Source: Candidatus Roizmanbacteria bacterium RIFOXYC1_FULL_41_16 (GTDB taxonomy: Bacteria; Patescibacteriota; Microgenomatia; UBA1406). Taken from it: a stretch of 64,000 nt of DNA. A program made the translations under genes and the position numbers. The notes beneath the pieces were generated by a model. That model searched no databases. It was not told the DNA's origin and saw only the letters and a program-made list of their open reading frames with translations. The stretch is from NCBI GenBank assembly GCA_001788295.1, contig MGBO01000014.1, positions 2,286 through 66,285 on the forward strand. Direction: 5' to 3'. Shown one piece after another: positions 44,826 through 54,338 of this stretch (positions are counted from its first letter, which is position 1; each line of letters starts with the position of its first letter).

Positions 44826-46239
44826 AAGACACATTTTTTTAATTGTGTTTTTATTGCTGTTTGGCACTCTTTTATTTTATAAACTTAGTATCTTTCCTAA
44901 GCCGCTGTTTGATTGGGACGAGTCTTTGTATGTCCAAAACGGTTTGGAAATGCTTGAACACCGGTCATTTTTGGTGCCCTTTTGGCAAGGACAACCATGG
45001 CTGGACAAACCGCCGCTTTCACCCTTGTTATTGGGAATCGTCGCCAAACTTTTGCCTTTGCCTGTTGAAATCAGTACCCGGCTATACACTTTGGCTCTTT
45101 CTATAATCGCTCTGGTGTTAATATACAAGCTTTACTTAAAAGCCGGCCAAAGCCGATTAACGGCCGTGTTAACCGTGATTATTACTGCCTTTACGCCTAT
45201 TTTTTTGCAACGTTCCCAGGTTGTCAGTTTGGATGTGACTCTATTGATCGGTTGGCTTGGCTTTTTTCTCTGGCTGGAAAAACCTATTCTTAGCGTCTTA
45301 TTCTTGTTTCTCAGTGTTCAAAGTAAGTCGCTTTTGGGTTTTTATCCTTTAGCTATCTATGGTTTATATCTTGTCTATTTGTGGCTGATCAAAGAAATCA
45401 AGACTGACAAATTGTGGCAAAAAATCAGAATTATTATTTGGCAGGCCAGCTTTTTGTCTCTCTGGTACTTAATCGCCTTACTCGTCTATCAAGAACATTT
45501 TGTTCAGGCACACCTCATTGAAAGTCATTTCCGCAGAGTCAGCGCCTCATTAGAATCACATTTTGGGCAGCGGACTTATTATCTGGATCTCATGGCAGAC
45601 CAACTGGGTTGGCTGGGTGTGCTTGCTTTAATTGGTTTTGGATCAAGTTTGATAGCTTTTTGGCAAAAGAAAATTAGCCATCGGGTTTTTCTGCTTCAAA
45701 ATGCTTTTTTGCCCTGGTTTTTATTTTTAAATTTAACCAAAACTAAAATTGCCTGGTACCTCTACCCCGTGATCCCTCAGTTTGCTTTTTATGCCGGATA
45801 TAGCCTTACTATTCTGAAGCCTAAACTAATCCGGTTGGGAGTGTTTGTAATTCTAGGAGGCTATCTTATTTATCAGGGAATTATTCAAAACAATCTATTA
45901 GGCACTTTTTATTCACAAGAAGACGCTCATATCAAAATTGCCAAAACAGCCAGACAGAAGTGTGATAATTTGGCAGTGTTGGTACCGGATTATACACGGG
46001 AAACCTATTGGACCTTAAAAAAAATGAACCTGATCATTGAAAGTACTTCCTGGTGGGGCGAGCACCCTTCAATGGTTTATTATTTTGGCAAGCCCTTGCG
46101 TTTTTATTATTCGGTCAATGACTTTAAAAAAGTTCAGGATCAAGCTGACTGTTTTGTTATTAATTCACCGGATCAAAAATTGGTCAAAAAAAATCGCCAG
46201 TTGATTGTCACTTTTGATAAGATGCTTTTATACCGCTAA
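44815..46239 (+). CDS. GT-C membrane glycosyltransferase (ArnT/PMT_2, GT39/83-like)
   Basis: 474 aa and polytopic, with the loop-1 acidic motif FDWDESLYVQNGLEM typical of the ArnT/PMT family. Confidence 0.7.
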   Translation: MIFKRHIFLIVFLLLFGTLLFYKLSIFPKPLFDWDESLYVQNGLEMLEHRSFLVPFWQGQPWLDKPPLSPLLLGIVAKLLPLPVEISTRLYTLALSIIALVLIYKLYLKAGQSRLTAVLTVIITAFTPIFLQRSQVVSLDVTLLIGWLGFFLWLEKPILSVLFLFLSVQSKSLLGFYPLAIYGLYLVYLWLIKEIKTDKLWQKIRIIIWQASFLSLWYLIALLVYQEHFVQAHLIESHFRRVSASLESHFGQRTYYLDLMADQLGWLGVLALIGFGSSLIAFWQKKISHRVFLLQNAFLPWFLFLNLTKTKIAWYLYPVIPQFAFYAGYSLTILKPKLIRLGVFVILGGYLIYQGIIQNNLLGTFYSQEDAHIKIAKTARQKCDNLAVLVPDYTRETYWTLKKMNLIIESTSWWGEHPSMVYYFGKPLRFYYSVNDFKKVQDQADCFVINSPDQKLVKKNRQLIVTFDKMLLYR

Positions 46240-46240
46240 T

Positions 46241-47764
46241 ATGTTTGACTTATTTGAATTGTTAACCAAGCTAAGAAAGCTTTTGAGCCGGCGCGACTGG
46301 CTGATTATTGGAGGCTTGTTGGGTTTGTTTTTTTTAACTCGCTTAACTAACCTTGCCGATCTTCCAATTTTTACCGACGAGGCCATTTATATTCACTGGG
46401 CCAAACTTGCCTGGAAAGACGCTTCCTGGCGTTTTGTTTCCTTAACTGACGGTCGGCAGCCTTTGCAAACTTGGGCCACGATTCCGTTTTTAAAGCTGTT
46501 TGAGGCCGATCCTCTTCTTGCCGGACGCTTGTTTGGAGTAGCAAGCGGCTTCTTTGCCTTGGTCGGCATCTTTTTCTTAAGCTATTATCTGTTTGGCAAA
46601 AAAGGAGCCATAATCGCCTCACTTGTTTATATTCTTAATCCTTATTATCTTTTCTACGATAAAATGGCGCTGGTTGATTCGGCTGTCAACGGGTTTTTTA
46701 TCTGGTTTGTCTTTTTTTGTTTAGTTTTAATCAAGCACCCACGCTTGGATCTGGCTCTAATTTTTGGCATGCTCGCCGGAATGGGCACTCTGGCCAAGAG
46801 TACTGTCCGTTTGTTTTTCTTGCCTTTTGTTTTTGGACCGCTAATGTATTTAAAAAACAAAAACTTCTGGCACAAGACAGTGAATTATTTTTTTGTGCTA
46901 TTAGTTGCCGCTACTCTTTCCCTGTTTTTTTACAATATCCAACGGCTTTCACCTTTTATGCATTATATCGAGCAAAAAAATACCACTTTTGTCAAAACGC
47001 CGATTGAATTTTTACAAAATCCATTTGATCCCCTTATACACAATCTTAAAACTTTGCCCTATTATTTTGCGTCAGAAAGCGGCTACCTACTTGTTTTCCT
47101 GGGACTGATCGGTTTGATTTGGTTGTTTAAAAAACAGCGAGAAGTGGTCTGGCAACTCAGTCTGTTTTTTCTGATCCCATTTATCATCATTGCCTCGATG
47201 GCCAGGGTAGTTTTCCCCCGTTATTTGATTTTCTTTACCGTTCCTTTTTTGCTGGGATTTGTTTACCTTTGGCAACAAACTAAACACAAGGCGTGGGTTT
47301 TGTTAACTTACTTTTTACCAGCCATTTTTCTTTGCGCCATAGTCATTTTTGCGCCGGAAAAATTACCCTGGCCGGAGATTGACCGCGGCCAGTATTTTGA
47401 AGGCGCCTCGTCCGGCCATGGCACCCTGGCGATTGTCAATTACCTCAAAGAACAAACAAGCAAACATGAGCAGATTTATGTTTTTACTGAGGGTACTTTT
47501 GGCTTATTGCCTTACGCTTTGGATATTTATTTTCCACATGATCAGCCTCAAGTCAAATTCGAAGCCCGCTGGCCTCTTAAAGACGAAGACTTGATTTATG
47601 CTCAAGAATTATCTAAGAAATATCCGGTGTATTTTGTCTTTCACGAACGTCGTGAGGTTCCCACAGAATGGCCTTTGCAATTGGTTAAAAAATATCCCCG
47701 CTACAATAAAAAATCTTTTGTGTATTTTTTTAAATATATTCCTGTAGGGCTTGATGAAACATAA
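46241..47764 (+). CDS. GT-C membrane glycosyltransferase (ArnT/PMT_2-like)
   Basis: Polytopic, with loop-1 PIFTDEAIYIHWAK. ATG 46241 sits 1 nt after the upstream stop and is preferred over ORF-track start 46205. Confidence 0.7.
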   Translation: MFDLFELLTKLRKLLSRRDWLIIGGLLGLFFLTRLTNLADLPIFTDEAIYIHWAKLAWKDASWRFVSLTDGRQPLQTWATIPFLKLFEADPLLAGRLFGVASGFFALVGIFFLSYYLFGKKGAIIASLVYILNPYYLFYDKMALVDSAVNGFFIWFVFFCLVLIKHPRLDLALIFGMLAGMGTLAKSTVRLFFLPFVFGPLMYLKNKNFWHKTVNYFFVLLVAATLSLFFYNIQRLSPFMHYIEQKNTTFVKTPIEFLQNPFDPLIHNLKTLPYYFASESGYLLVFLGLIGLIWLFKKQREVVWQLSLFFLIPFIIIASMARVVFPRYLIFFTVPFLLGFVYLWQQTKHKAWVLLTYFLPAIFLCAIVIFAPEKLPWPEIDRGQYFEGASSGHGTLAIVNYLKEQTSKHEQIYVFTEGTFGLLPYALDIYFPHDQPQVKFEARWPLKDEDLIYAQELSKKYPVYFVFHERREVPTEWPLQLVKKYPRYNKKSFVYFFKYIPVGLDET

Positions 47765-49196
47765 ACTGTTTCTGCTGATTTTGGCCCTCTTAACTTTATC
47801 TTTTTTTCAAAACGCCTTTGGGATTGGCTTTTTCAAAGATGATCTTTATTTTCTTAATGTCGCCCATGCCAATTCTTTGGCTGACTTTCTCAATTTTTTT
47901 AATTTCTTAAAAAGTTACGGTTACCGGCCAATTCCCATTGAACTGTTCTATTTTTTGATTAACACGCTCAAGTTAAATTTTTTTGCAATCCACTTAATTA
48001 TATTTTCGGTTTATTTGGTAGGCATAGTTTGTTTTTATCAATCGCTGGCTAAAATTACCAATAACAGAGTGTTTGCCAAAATCACTACTCTACTGTATTC
48101 ACTCAGCTTTATTCATGTTTTTCAGTTGTATGCGGCTTGGAATTTTCAGGAGGTGTGTCTGTTTGCTTTTTTATCAATCAGTGTTTATACTCTTATCAAC
48201 AATCAAATACGGTTGTCTTTGCTTTTTTACCTTTTCGCGCTATTGTCCAAAGAAACCGCTATTTTTTACCCGGTTCTTTTGGCTGGGCTTTATATAGCCA
48301 AACGGGTTTTAAAATGGAAATTGAAACTGGATTTTAAAATTAGTTATATTTTAACAACCGGCCTGCTGGCAATTATTTTTGGATTACTTGTCAAATACGA
48401 ACTCTCGCAATTTGCCCAAAACCCGCTTTATGCCATTCACCTAAACCCAAGGCTGATGCTAAACAATCTAATGTGGCTGGGATTATGGAGTTTAGGGTTC
48501 CCAAGTTATTTGCCCGACTATATGCACAGCATTTTTAGACCGCCGTTACCGGATTTTTACAAAGCTCTGGCAACTCTGGAAAGCCGGTTATATTTTTATC
48601 TTTTACTGGCGTTTTTAATTGTTTTTTTGGTTGCTGTTATTTATTTGTTGATTAGAAAAGAAAGTCGCTACACAGTTTTGACCTTATTGATCTTTTGTTT
48701 GTTTTTCTTCACTATCTTCAACTTGCCTACTCTACCTACAATTCATAAATGGATGGTTCGATTAACCCTGCCGCTAGTTTTTATCAGTCTTTTTCAGGGT
48801 TATGTGATTACCTTGTTATATAGGCAAAACAGAATAACTAGATTTATTGCTCTATTTTTAGTCAGTCTTTATCTGGTCTGGAATTATTACGGCACACTGA
48901 TTCATGAATCAGCCAGCACCATTAAGTTGGAAAGCGCCATTTATTTTAAGTCCAGGGCGTATTTTGATCAAAAACGATCCCGGATCGTATTAAAAGATTC
49001 AATTTATATTAAAGATCCCAAAAAAGGCCTTAACCCTTGGGGCGGTTCTAAAAAACTCAACGATACTTATTGGGGACAGAATTTTGTTCAATATCTGTTT
49101 CCGGAAAAAGATTTGAAAATGTTTTATGCTTTTGAAACCAAAAAAATCCCTAAGAACTCATTTGTCGTTTCTTCACTTGAACTACTGCCATACTAA
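47751..49196 (+). CDS. GT-C-like polytopic membrane protein
   Basis: 481 aa with about 11 TM helices, loop-1 GFFKDDLYFLNVAH (acidic pair) and a soluble C-terminal domain. Confidence 0.5.
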   Translation: MMKHKLFLLILALLTLSFFQNAFGIGFFKDDLYFLNVAHANSLADFLNFFNFLKSYGYRPIPIELFYFLINTLKLNFFAIHLIIFSVYLVGIVCFYQSLAKITNNRVFAKITTLLYSLSFIHVFQLYAAWNFQEVCLFAFLSISVYTLINNQIRLSLLFYLFALLSKETAIFYPVLLAGLYIAKRVLKWKLKLDFKISYILTTGLLAIIFGLLVKYELSQFAQNPLYAIHLNPRLMLNNLMWLGLWSLGFPSYLPDYMHSIFRPPLPDFYKALATLESRLYFYLLLAFLIVFLVAVIYLLIRKESRYTVLTLLIFCLFFFTIFNLPTLPTIHKWMVRLTLPLVFISLFQGYVITLLYRQNRITRFIALFLVSLYLVWNYYGTLIHESASTIKLESAIYFKSRAYFDQKRSRIVLKDSIYIKDPKKGLNPWGGSKKLNDTYWGQNFVQYLFPEKDLKMFYAFETKKIPKNSFVVSSLELLPY

Positions 49197-50880
49197 TCAG
49201 AAAAACCAAAGTTGAGAGTGTCAGCCAGTTACCCAATTTTCGGACCGGAGTATTAGCAAAACGGAAAACTAGTTGATGCTGGCCCGGCGTAAGCGCCACC
49301 CGTATTAGTTTTAAAGAATTATTATCCGAAATTGTCAGAGGCCAACCATCTAAAAAAGCCTGCCAGCCAGGAAAATGATAAGTATTCAGTTGAAAAGTAA
49401 TCGGCGTTTTGGCGTCAATTTGAAAAAGCTTGTTTTGGAATTTATTAGCCTTGACTTTGACCTGAGCCTGGCCCGCTATAATTCGATAGCTTTTTTTGGG
49501 TAAATCGGCTTTTTCAATCGCCAATGTCGTCACTCCAAACTCATTCTTTTTGGTCGCGACTCCCTGAGGCACAAACTCAAACGAAGTCCGGCTGATTACC
49601 CACTGTCGTTGATACTGATTGGTTAATTTTTCATTCTCTGTTTTAATCATGTTCTGCGGCCTAAACAATTGACTGTATTTTAAAACCAAGAGCAACAGTA
49701 AAATGGTCAAGCCAGTGTTCAAACAGTATTTAACCAACTTATTTTTGAATATTTTTGGCCCCAAATAAAACACCAGGCCAGCGACAAGACTCAAATAAAA
49801 TGAGGCAAAAGTGAGAAATCGCCAGGGAAACTGCAAATACCACAGGTATTTGATCCGGTCCCAAATAAAGGCCGAATAAGGCAAAGTCATAAAATATGAG
49901 AACAGTAGCAGAGCAAACAAAAATAAAACAGTGATTAAGAACTTAGTGTTTTTGCGGGTCCAAAAATAGATGCCGGACAAAAGTAGCGACAAAAAAACAA
50001 GGAGCAAATAATATTTGCCGATTTGATAACTGATACCGTCAGCCATACCGGCGGTTGATCCGCCAAACCCCCAGGGAGAAAAATAAAGCTGTTGAGGGTA
50101 AACAAAATGCAATTGGTAGTTATAAAGCTCCTTGGTCAAAATGTCGTTGACCAAAGTCGCATTTTTCTCAACTAAAGACGGCAGCCAAAAAAAAGCCGAC
50201 AAGCTTAAGCCCAGAATGAGCCCGGCTGTCATTTTCAGCCAGCTGATTAACCAGTTTTGACTGATCACCATTGCCAACAAAAAATAAGCGCCAATAAAAA
50301 TAAGTGCAGGAAAAGCAATCAGAGGATGGCACAAAAACAATAACGCAAAACTGATGGCCAGCCCCAATACTTTGGACCAGTTTGGCTTGATAACAAGACT
50401 GTGTAAAAAATAGGCCACCAAAGGAAAAAGCGCCATACTATAAAATTCGGCAAAAGCGCCCCGAACATAAATAGTAATGGCGTGATAAAAAGTATAAGTG
50501 TAAAGAATGGCAACCACCAGAGCCGCCTTACGGGAAAACAACAGCTTGGCATACAAGTAGCTACTGACTGAGGCCAAAATGAATCCGGAGATAAGCATTA
50601 ACTTTAACGAGCTGATAATGGTAAAACCAAGAAGAACAAAGATTTCGGCAACGTAATAGATCAAGGGCGGATAAAAATTAAAAAGAGGATAGCCGTAACC
50701 AAAACCCAGATCGTTTACCCAGCGCGGGTAAACATAACCCTGCTTAATCCCCTGATCGAGCAAAAATAAACGCACCGGATGCTGGACGTCGTGCATACTA
50801 AAATATCCGGATTGCAACAGTGGTAAAATAGCCAACAACGGAATTAGCAAGAACAGTAGGAAATACCATCGCTTTAGCAT
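49150..50880 (-). CDS. GT-C-like polytopic membrane protein (PTPS-related / YfhO-like)
   Basis: SGYFSMHDVQHPVRLFLLDQGIKQGYVYPRWVNDLGFGYGYPLFNFYPPL resembles the PTPS-related membrane family. It has a large C-terminal beta-rich domain. Start moved from 50913 to ATG 50880 (MLKRWYF...). Confidence 0.5.
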   Translation of the reverse strand: MLKRWYFLLFLLIPLLAILPLLQSGYFSMHDVQHPVRLFLLDQGIKQGYVYPRWVNDLGFGYGYPLFNFYPPLIYYVAEIFVLLGFTIISSLKLMLISGFILASVSSYLYAKLLFSRKAALVVAILYTYTFYHAITIYVRGAFAEFYSMALFPLVAYFLHSLVIKPNWSKVLGLAISFALLFLCHPLIAFPALIFIGAYFLLAMVISQNWLISWLKMTAGLILGLSLSAFFWLPSLVEKNATLVNDILTKELYNYQLHFVYPQQLYFSPWGFGGSTAGMADGISYQIGKYYLLLVFLSLLLSGIYFWTRKNTKFLITVLFLFALLLFSYFMTLPYSAFIWDRIKYLWYLQFPWRFLTFASFYLSLVAGLVFYLGPKIFKNKLVKYCLNTGLTILLLLLVLKYSQLFRPQNMIKTENEKLTNQYQRQWVISRTSFEFVPQGVATKKNEFGVTTLAIEKADLPKKSYRIIAGQAQVKVKANKFQNKLFQIDAKTPITFQLNTYHFPGWQAFLDGWPLTISDNNSLKLIRVALTPGQHQLVFRFANTPVRKLGNWLTLSTLVFLISMAVVQVKKRQMSS

Positions 50881-50887
50881 AGAATGA

Positions 50888-50893
50888 ATTATA
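50888..50893 (-). promoter_or_regulatory. putative -10 (TATAAT) 8 nt upstream of ATG 50880
   Basis: The minus strand reads TATAAT-TCATTCT-ATG. It shares the palindromic ATATAT core with the divergent plus-strand -10. Confidence 0.35.
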
Positions 50894-50895
50894 TA
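50890..50895 (+). promoter_or_regulatory. putative -10 (TATATA) 8 nt upstream of ATG 50903
   Basis: TATATA-AATAA.. precedes ATG 50903. Confidence 0.3.
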
Positions 50896-50902
50896 TAAAT
50901 AA

Positions 50903-52342
50903 ATGGAGAACATAAAACGACAAGGACTTTTGGGCGTTATCTATTTTTTGGGCAACAGTTCTTATTCGGCTGTTTTGGGGCTGGTTGCCAATTTGGTATT
51001 TACCATTTTCCTGACTCCGGCTGAATACGGTTTGTATTTCATTGTTTTATCTTTGATCGCGATTTTCAATTATTTTACTGATTTGGGATTAGCCGCCGCT
51101 CTTATCCAGCGCAAAGATCCAAAAGAAGAGGAGTTTTATACCGCCTTTACCATTCAGCTAACTTTGGTCACCATTATTGTCATTATTGGTTTATTGGTAA
51201 CTCCTTTAATTCGGGTCTGGTATCATTTTGATCAAACCGGTACTCATCTCTATTTGGCAATGCTTTTTTCCCTGTTTACTCTGTCTTTTAAATCAGTTCC
51301 CTCTACCCGACTGGAGCGCAAGCTGGATTATTCCAAAATAGTTATTACCCAGGCTTTTGAAAATACTCTTTTTTATGGAGTCAGTATTGTTTTAATGCTT
51401 TCTGGATTCAAGATTTATGCTTTGGTGATCGCCATTGTTCTTCGTTCTATTTTGGGCGCCGGCCTAATCTATTGGTTTACCCGCTGGGTTCCCCGAATCT
51501 ATTTTAGCCGACAATACGCCAAGGGTATTTTGAGTTTTGGCATTCCCTTTCAAGCTAATGTTTTCTTGGCCTTTATCAAAGACGATCTACTCAACTTATA
51601 TATGGCCCAAAGGCTGGGCCTATCCGGAATCGGTTACGTGGGCTGGGCCAAAAAATGGGCTGAGGCGGCCCTAAGAATTATTATGGACAATGTTAATCGA
51701 GTCATTTTCCCGATTTTTTCCAAATTCCAGGACGATCCCTTAAAAATTAAAAAAGGCATTGAAAAATTGATCTTTTATAATTCGCTCATTTTATTGCCTG
51801 TTTTAATCGGAGCTTATCTGACCATGCCCATTTTTATCCAAATCATTCCCAAATATCAAAAATGGATTATTGCCATGCCGGCTTTTAATTATTTTCTTAT
51901 CTCCTCTTTCCTGGTCAGCTTGTATTCGCCAATCATGAGCGTTTTTAACTCGCTCGGTAAAGTGAAAACTTCAGTCAAATTTATGCTGCTATGGATTGCC
52001 CTGAACTGGACTGTGGTTCCTTTATTGATCGGCTTATACAATTACACCGGCGTTGGCATGGCTTTTGCCATAAATTCGCTGGGTTTTATTTTGGTTTGGT
52101 ACAAAATCCGGCAGTTTACGCCGGTCGACTTTTTAGCCTCATTAAAAGCGCCGGCTGTTTCGGCTCTGGTTATGTTTTTGGCGGTCCGAGTTATCCAATC
52201 CTTAGTCAGCAGCAATTTATATCAGAATCTGTTTATAACAATTCTGGTTGGCTTATTGTCCTATTCTTTTAGTGTCTTATTTTTGACTAAAGGGCATTTT
52301 TTGAATGAAATAAAAGAACTGCTTCAAAAAAAGACTGATTAA
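50903..52342 (+). CDS. Wzx-type oligosaccharide/polysaccharide flippase (MOP superfamily)
   Basis: 479 aa with about 12-14 TM helices and DLGLAAALIQRKD, a motif typical of polysaccharide biosynthesis (Wzx/RfbX) proteins. Confidence 0.75.
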   Translation: MENIKRQGLLGVIYFLGNSSYSAVLGLVANLVFTIFLTPAEYGLYFIVLSLIAIFNYFTDLGLAAALIQRKDPKEEEFYTAFTIQLTLVTIIVIIGLLVTPLIRVWYHFDQTGTHLYLAMLFSLFTLSFKSVPSTRLERKLDYSKIVITQAFENTLFYGVSIVLMLSGFKIYALVIAIVLRSILGAGLIYWFTRWVPRIYFSRQYAKGILSFGIPFQANVFLAFIKDDLLNLYMAQRLGLSGIGYVGWAKKWAEAALRIIMDNVNRVIFPIFSKFQDDPLKIKKGIEKLIFYNSLILLPVLIGAYLTMPIFIQIIPKYQKWIIAMPAFNYFLISSFLVSLYSPIMSVFNSLGKVKTSVKFMLLWIALNWTVVPLLIGLYNYTGVGMAFAINSLGFILVWYKIRQFTPVDFLASLKAPAVSALVMFLAVRVIQSLVSSNLYQNLFITILVGLLSYSFSVLFLTKGHFLNEIKELLQKKTD

Positions 52343-53371
52343 AAACAATAATAAAGTGACAAAAATCACCCGCTCCTTGATCAGCACTTTCCAATCCAGA
52401 TCCCAACCGCCAAATAAAATGTAAGGATAGTAAGACAATAACAAACCAAAACTGAGAACTCCGAAACTGACATATTTCTTTTTCAAAAAAGGCAGGATTA
52501 TCAGAAGATTTAACAAATACCAAGGATGAATCCCCACCTTAAGATACATGTACCAAAGTAAAATACTAAAACCGAGGACACTCAAACCAATGGCTTGCCA
52601 GCTTTTTTTTATTAACGGCACAAAGGCCAGAGTGACATATTTGATACCCACAGAAAACAAAGCCAAGATCCCGGCCGGTAAAAATTGCTTTTTCTTGTGC
52701 AAAAAATATACAGCCAATAATCCAAAGCTGACGGCCAAAAAATCGTTGTGATTATTCACTAAGCCTTCAATAATCACCAAAGGCGAGGTGGCAAAAAATA
52801 GGGCTGTCTGACGATTGAATTTATTCAAACTCCACACCGCCATTACATAAAAAAAAGCAAACATTGCTTTGAAAAAAATAAAAGCCAATAATAGTTTGCC
52901 AAACGAAAAAAAAGACGGAATCAGACTCAATAACAAGAAACCAGGACCATAGGGATAGGTGCGATGCGTCCAGTGCATAAACCGCAGCCAGGAATCCTGA
53001 GGAAAGTCTAGTGCCCTATGCAAATAAGGATTTTGGCCGTAAAAAGTCAGGATTTTGGCATCAAACAAATAATTAAAAAAATCATGTGACAAAAAAGGAT
53101 AAGAAACCAGCAATACAGCGGCAATAATCATGGCTAATTTTACCGGCTCAATTTTTTTCTGAGTAAAGTACCAATTAAAAAAAGACAAAGCAACAATCAA
53201 ACTTAGAAAAATTGCCAAAGACAATGGCCGTTGATAGTAGCCCAACTGAACCATTGAGTTACGAAATATTTCCCATAATTGATGATTGACCAAAGTAAAG
53301 TTAGGGTCCACCAAGGCGTAGGAATACAAAGATAACAAACCAAGAATCAAAACATAAACAATCAACATCAA
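52277..53371 (-). CDS. GT-C-like polytopic membrane protein (GT87/DUF2029-like)
   Basis: 364 aa with about 10 TM helices and HRTYPYGPGFLLLS (YPPG-like loop motif). Confidence 0.45.
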   Translation of the reverse strand: MMLIVYVLILGLLSLYSYALVDPNFTLVNHQLWEIFRNSMVQLGYYQRPLSLAIFLSLIVALSFFNWYFTQKKIEPVKLAMIIAAVLLVSYPFLSHDFFNYLFDAKILTFYGQNPYLHRALDFPQDSWLRFMHWTHRTYPYGPGFLLLSLIPSFFSFGKLLLAFIFFKAMFAFFYVMAVWSLNKFNRQTALFFATSPLVIIEGLVNNHNDFLAVSFGLLAVYFLHKKKQFLPAGILALFSVGIKYVTLAFVPLIKKSWQAIGLSVLGFSILLWYMYLKVGIHPWYLLNLLIILPFLKKKYVSFGVLSFGLLLSYYPYILFGGWDLDWKVLIKERVIFVTLLLFLISLFLKQFFYFIQKMPFSQK

Positions 53372-54291
53372 AAATTAAGTTTGGACTCAACTATATAAAG
53401 CTGGCGCTGTTTAATTTCGTCGTAAATCCGGCCGATATATTCACCAATGATCCCCAGCGAAAACATATTCATTCCGCCAATGAACAGAATGACAATAATT
53501 GTTGTTGGAAAACCGCGGGGAATAAAAATATCGGTAAACAGCTTGGCATAAAGAGTAAGAATAATTCCAAAAAAAGCCAAAGCCAAAAAAATAAACCCAC
53601 CCCAGGTTAACAACTGCAGCGGAATATAGGAAAAGGAAAAAATACCGTCAAAGGCCAGCTTAAACATTTTAGCGAGCGTATATTTGCTTTTCCCGGCCAT
53701 CCGGCTCTGGCGTTCATAAGTCAAACCGGTTTGCCTGAAACCAACCCAACTTCGCAAACCACGAATAAACCGATTGCGTTCTGGTAAATTTTTTAACAAA
53801 AGAACAACCCGCCGGCTCATCACGCAAAAATCGCCGCTGTCCAGCGGAATGCTGATATTGGCGACCAATCGTAACAGGCGATAAAACAAATAATACATTA
53901 TTCTTTTGGGAATGGATTCTTTGCGGTGTCGGCGAATGGCGTAAACCACATCATAACCCTCAGACAGTTTTTTGAAAAAGGATGGCAGCACTTCCGGTGG
54001 ATCCTGCAAATCAGCGTCTAAAATCGCCACCACTTCGCCACTGGAGTGATTAAGCCCGGCCGTGACCGCAATTTGATGACCAAAATTCCGGGAAAAATTA
54101 ATGACCTTAACTGCTTTGTTCTTCTTAGCCAGTGCTGTCAAAATGACCTGGCTTTTGTCTGTAGAACCATCGTTGATAAAAATAATTTCGTAACTCCTGT
54201 CTATCTGTTTCATCACTTTATCTATCCGTGAGTAAAGTGTCTCAATGTTCTCCTGTTCGTTAAAGATTGGCAAAATTAAACTGTATTGCAT
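53368..54291 (-). CDS. polyprenyl-phosphate glycosyltransferase, GT2 (GtrB/ArnC-like) with two C-terminal TMs
   Basis: LILPIFNEQENI, FINDGSTD, NFGHQIA, DADLQDPPE. Paralog of 24684..25616. ATG 54291 (MQYSLILP...) is preferred over 54297. Confidence 0.85.
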   Translation of the reverse strand: MQYSLILPIFNEQENIETLYSRIDKVMKQIDRSYEIIFINDGSTDKSQVILTALAKKNKAVKVINFSRNFGHQIAVTAGLNHSSGEVVAILDADLQDPPEVLPSFFKKLSEGYDVVYAIRRHRKESIPKRIMYYLFYRLLRLVANISIPLDSGDFCVMSRRVVLLLKNLPERNRFIRGLRSWVGFRQTGLTYERQSRMAGKSKYTLAKMFKLAFDGIFSFSYIPLQLLTWGGFIFLALAFFGIILTLYAKLFTDIFIPRGFPTTIIVILFIGGMNMFSLGIIGEYIGRIYDEIKQRQLYIVESKLNF

Positions 54292-54297
54292 AATCAT

Positions 54298-54303
54298 ATT
54301 CTA
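54298..54303 (-). promoter_or_regulatory. putative -10 (TAGAAT) 7 nt upstream of ATG 54291
   Basis: The minus strand reads TAGAAT-ATGATT-ATG. Confidence 0.3.
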
Positions 54304-54323
54304 TAATAACGTACAGGCTCTTG

Positions 54324-54332
54324 TGTTAAAAT
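54324..54332 (+). promoter_or_regulatory. putative extended -10 (TGT-TAAAAT) 7 nt upstream of ATG 54339
   Basis: TGTTAAAAT-GTAATA-ATG. Confidence 0.4.
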
Positions 54333-54338
54333 GTAATA

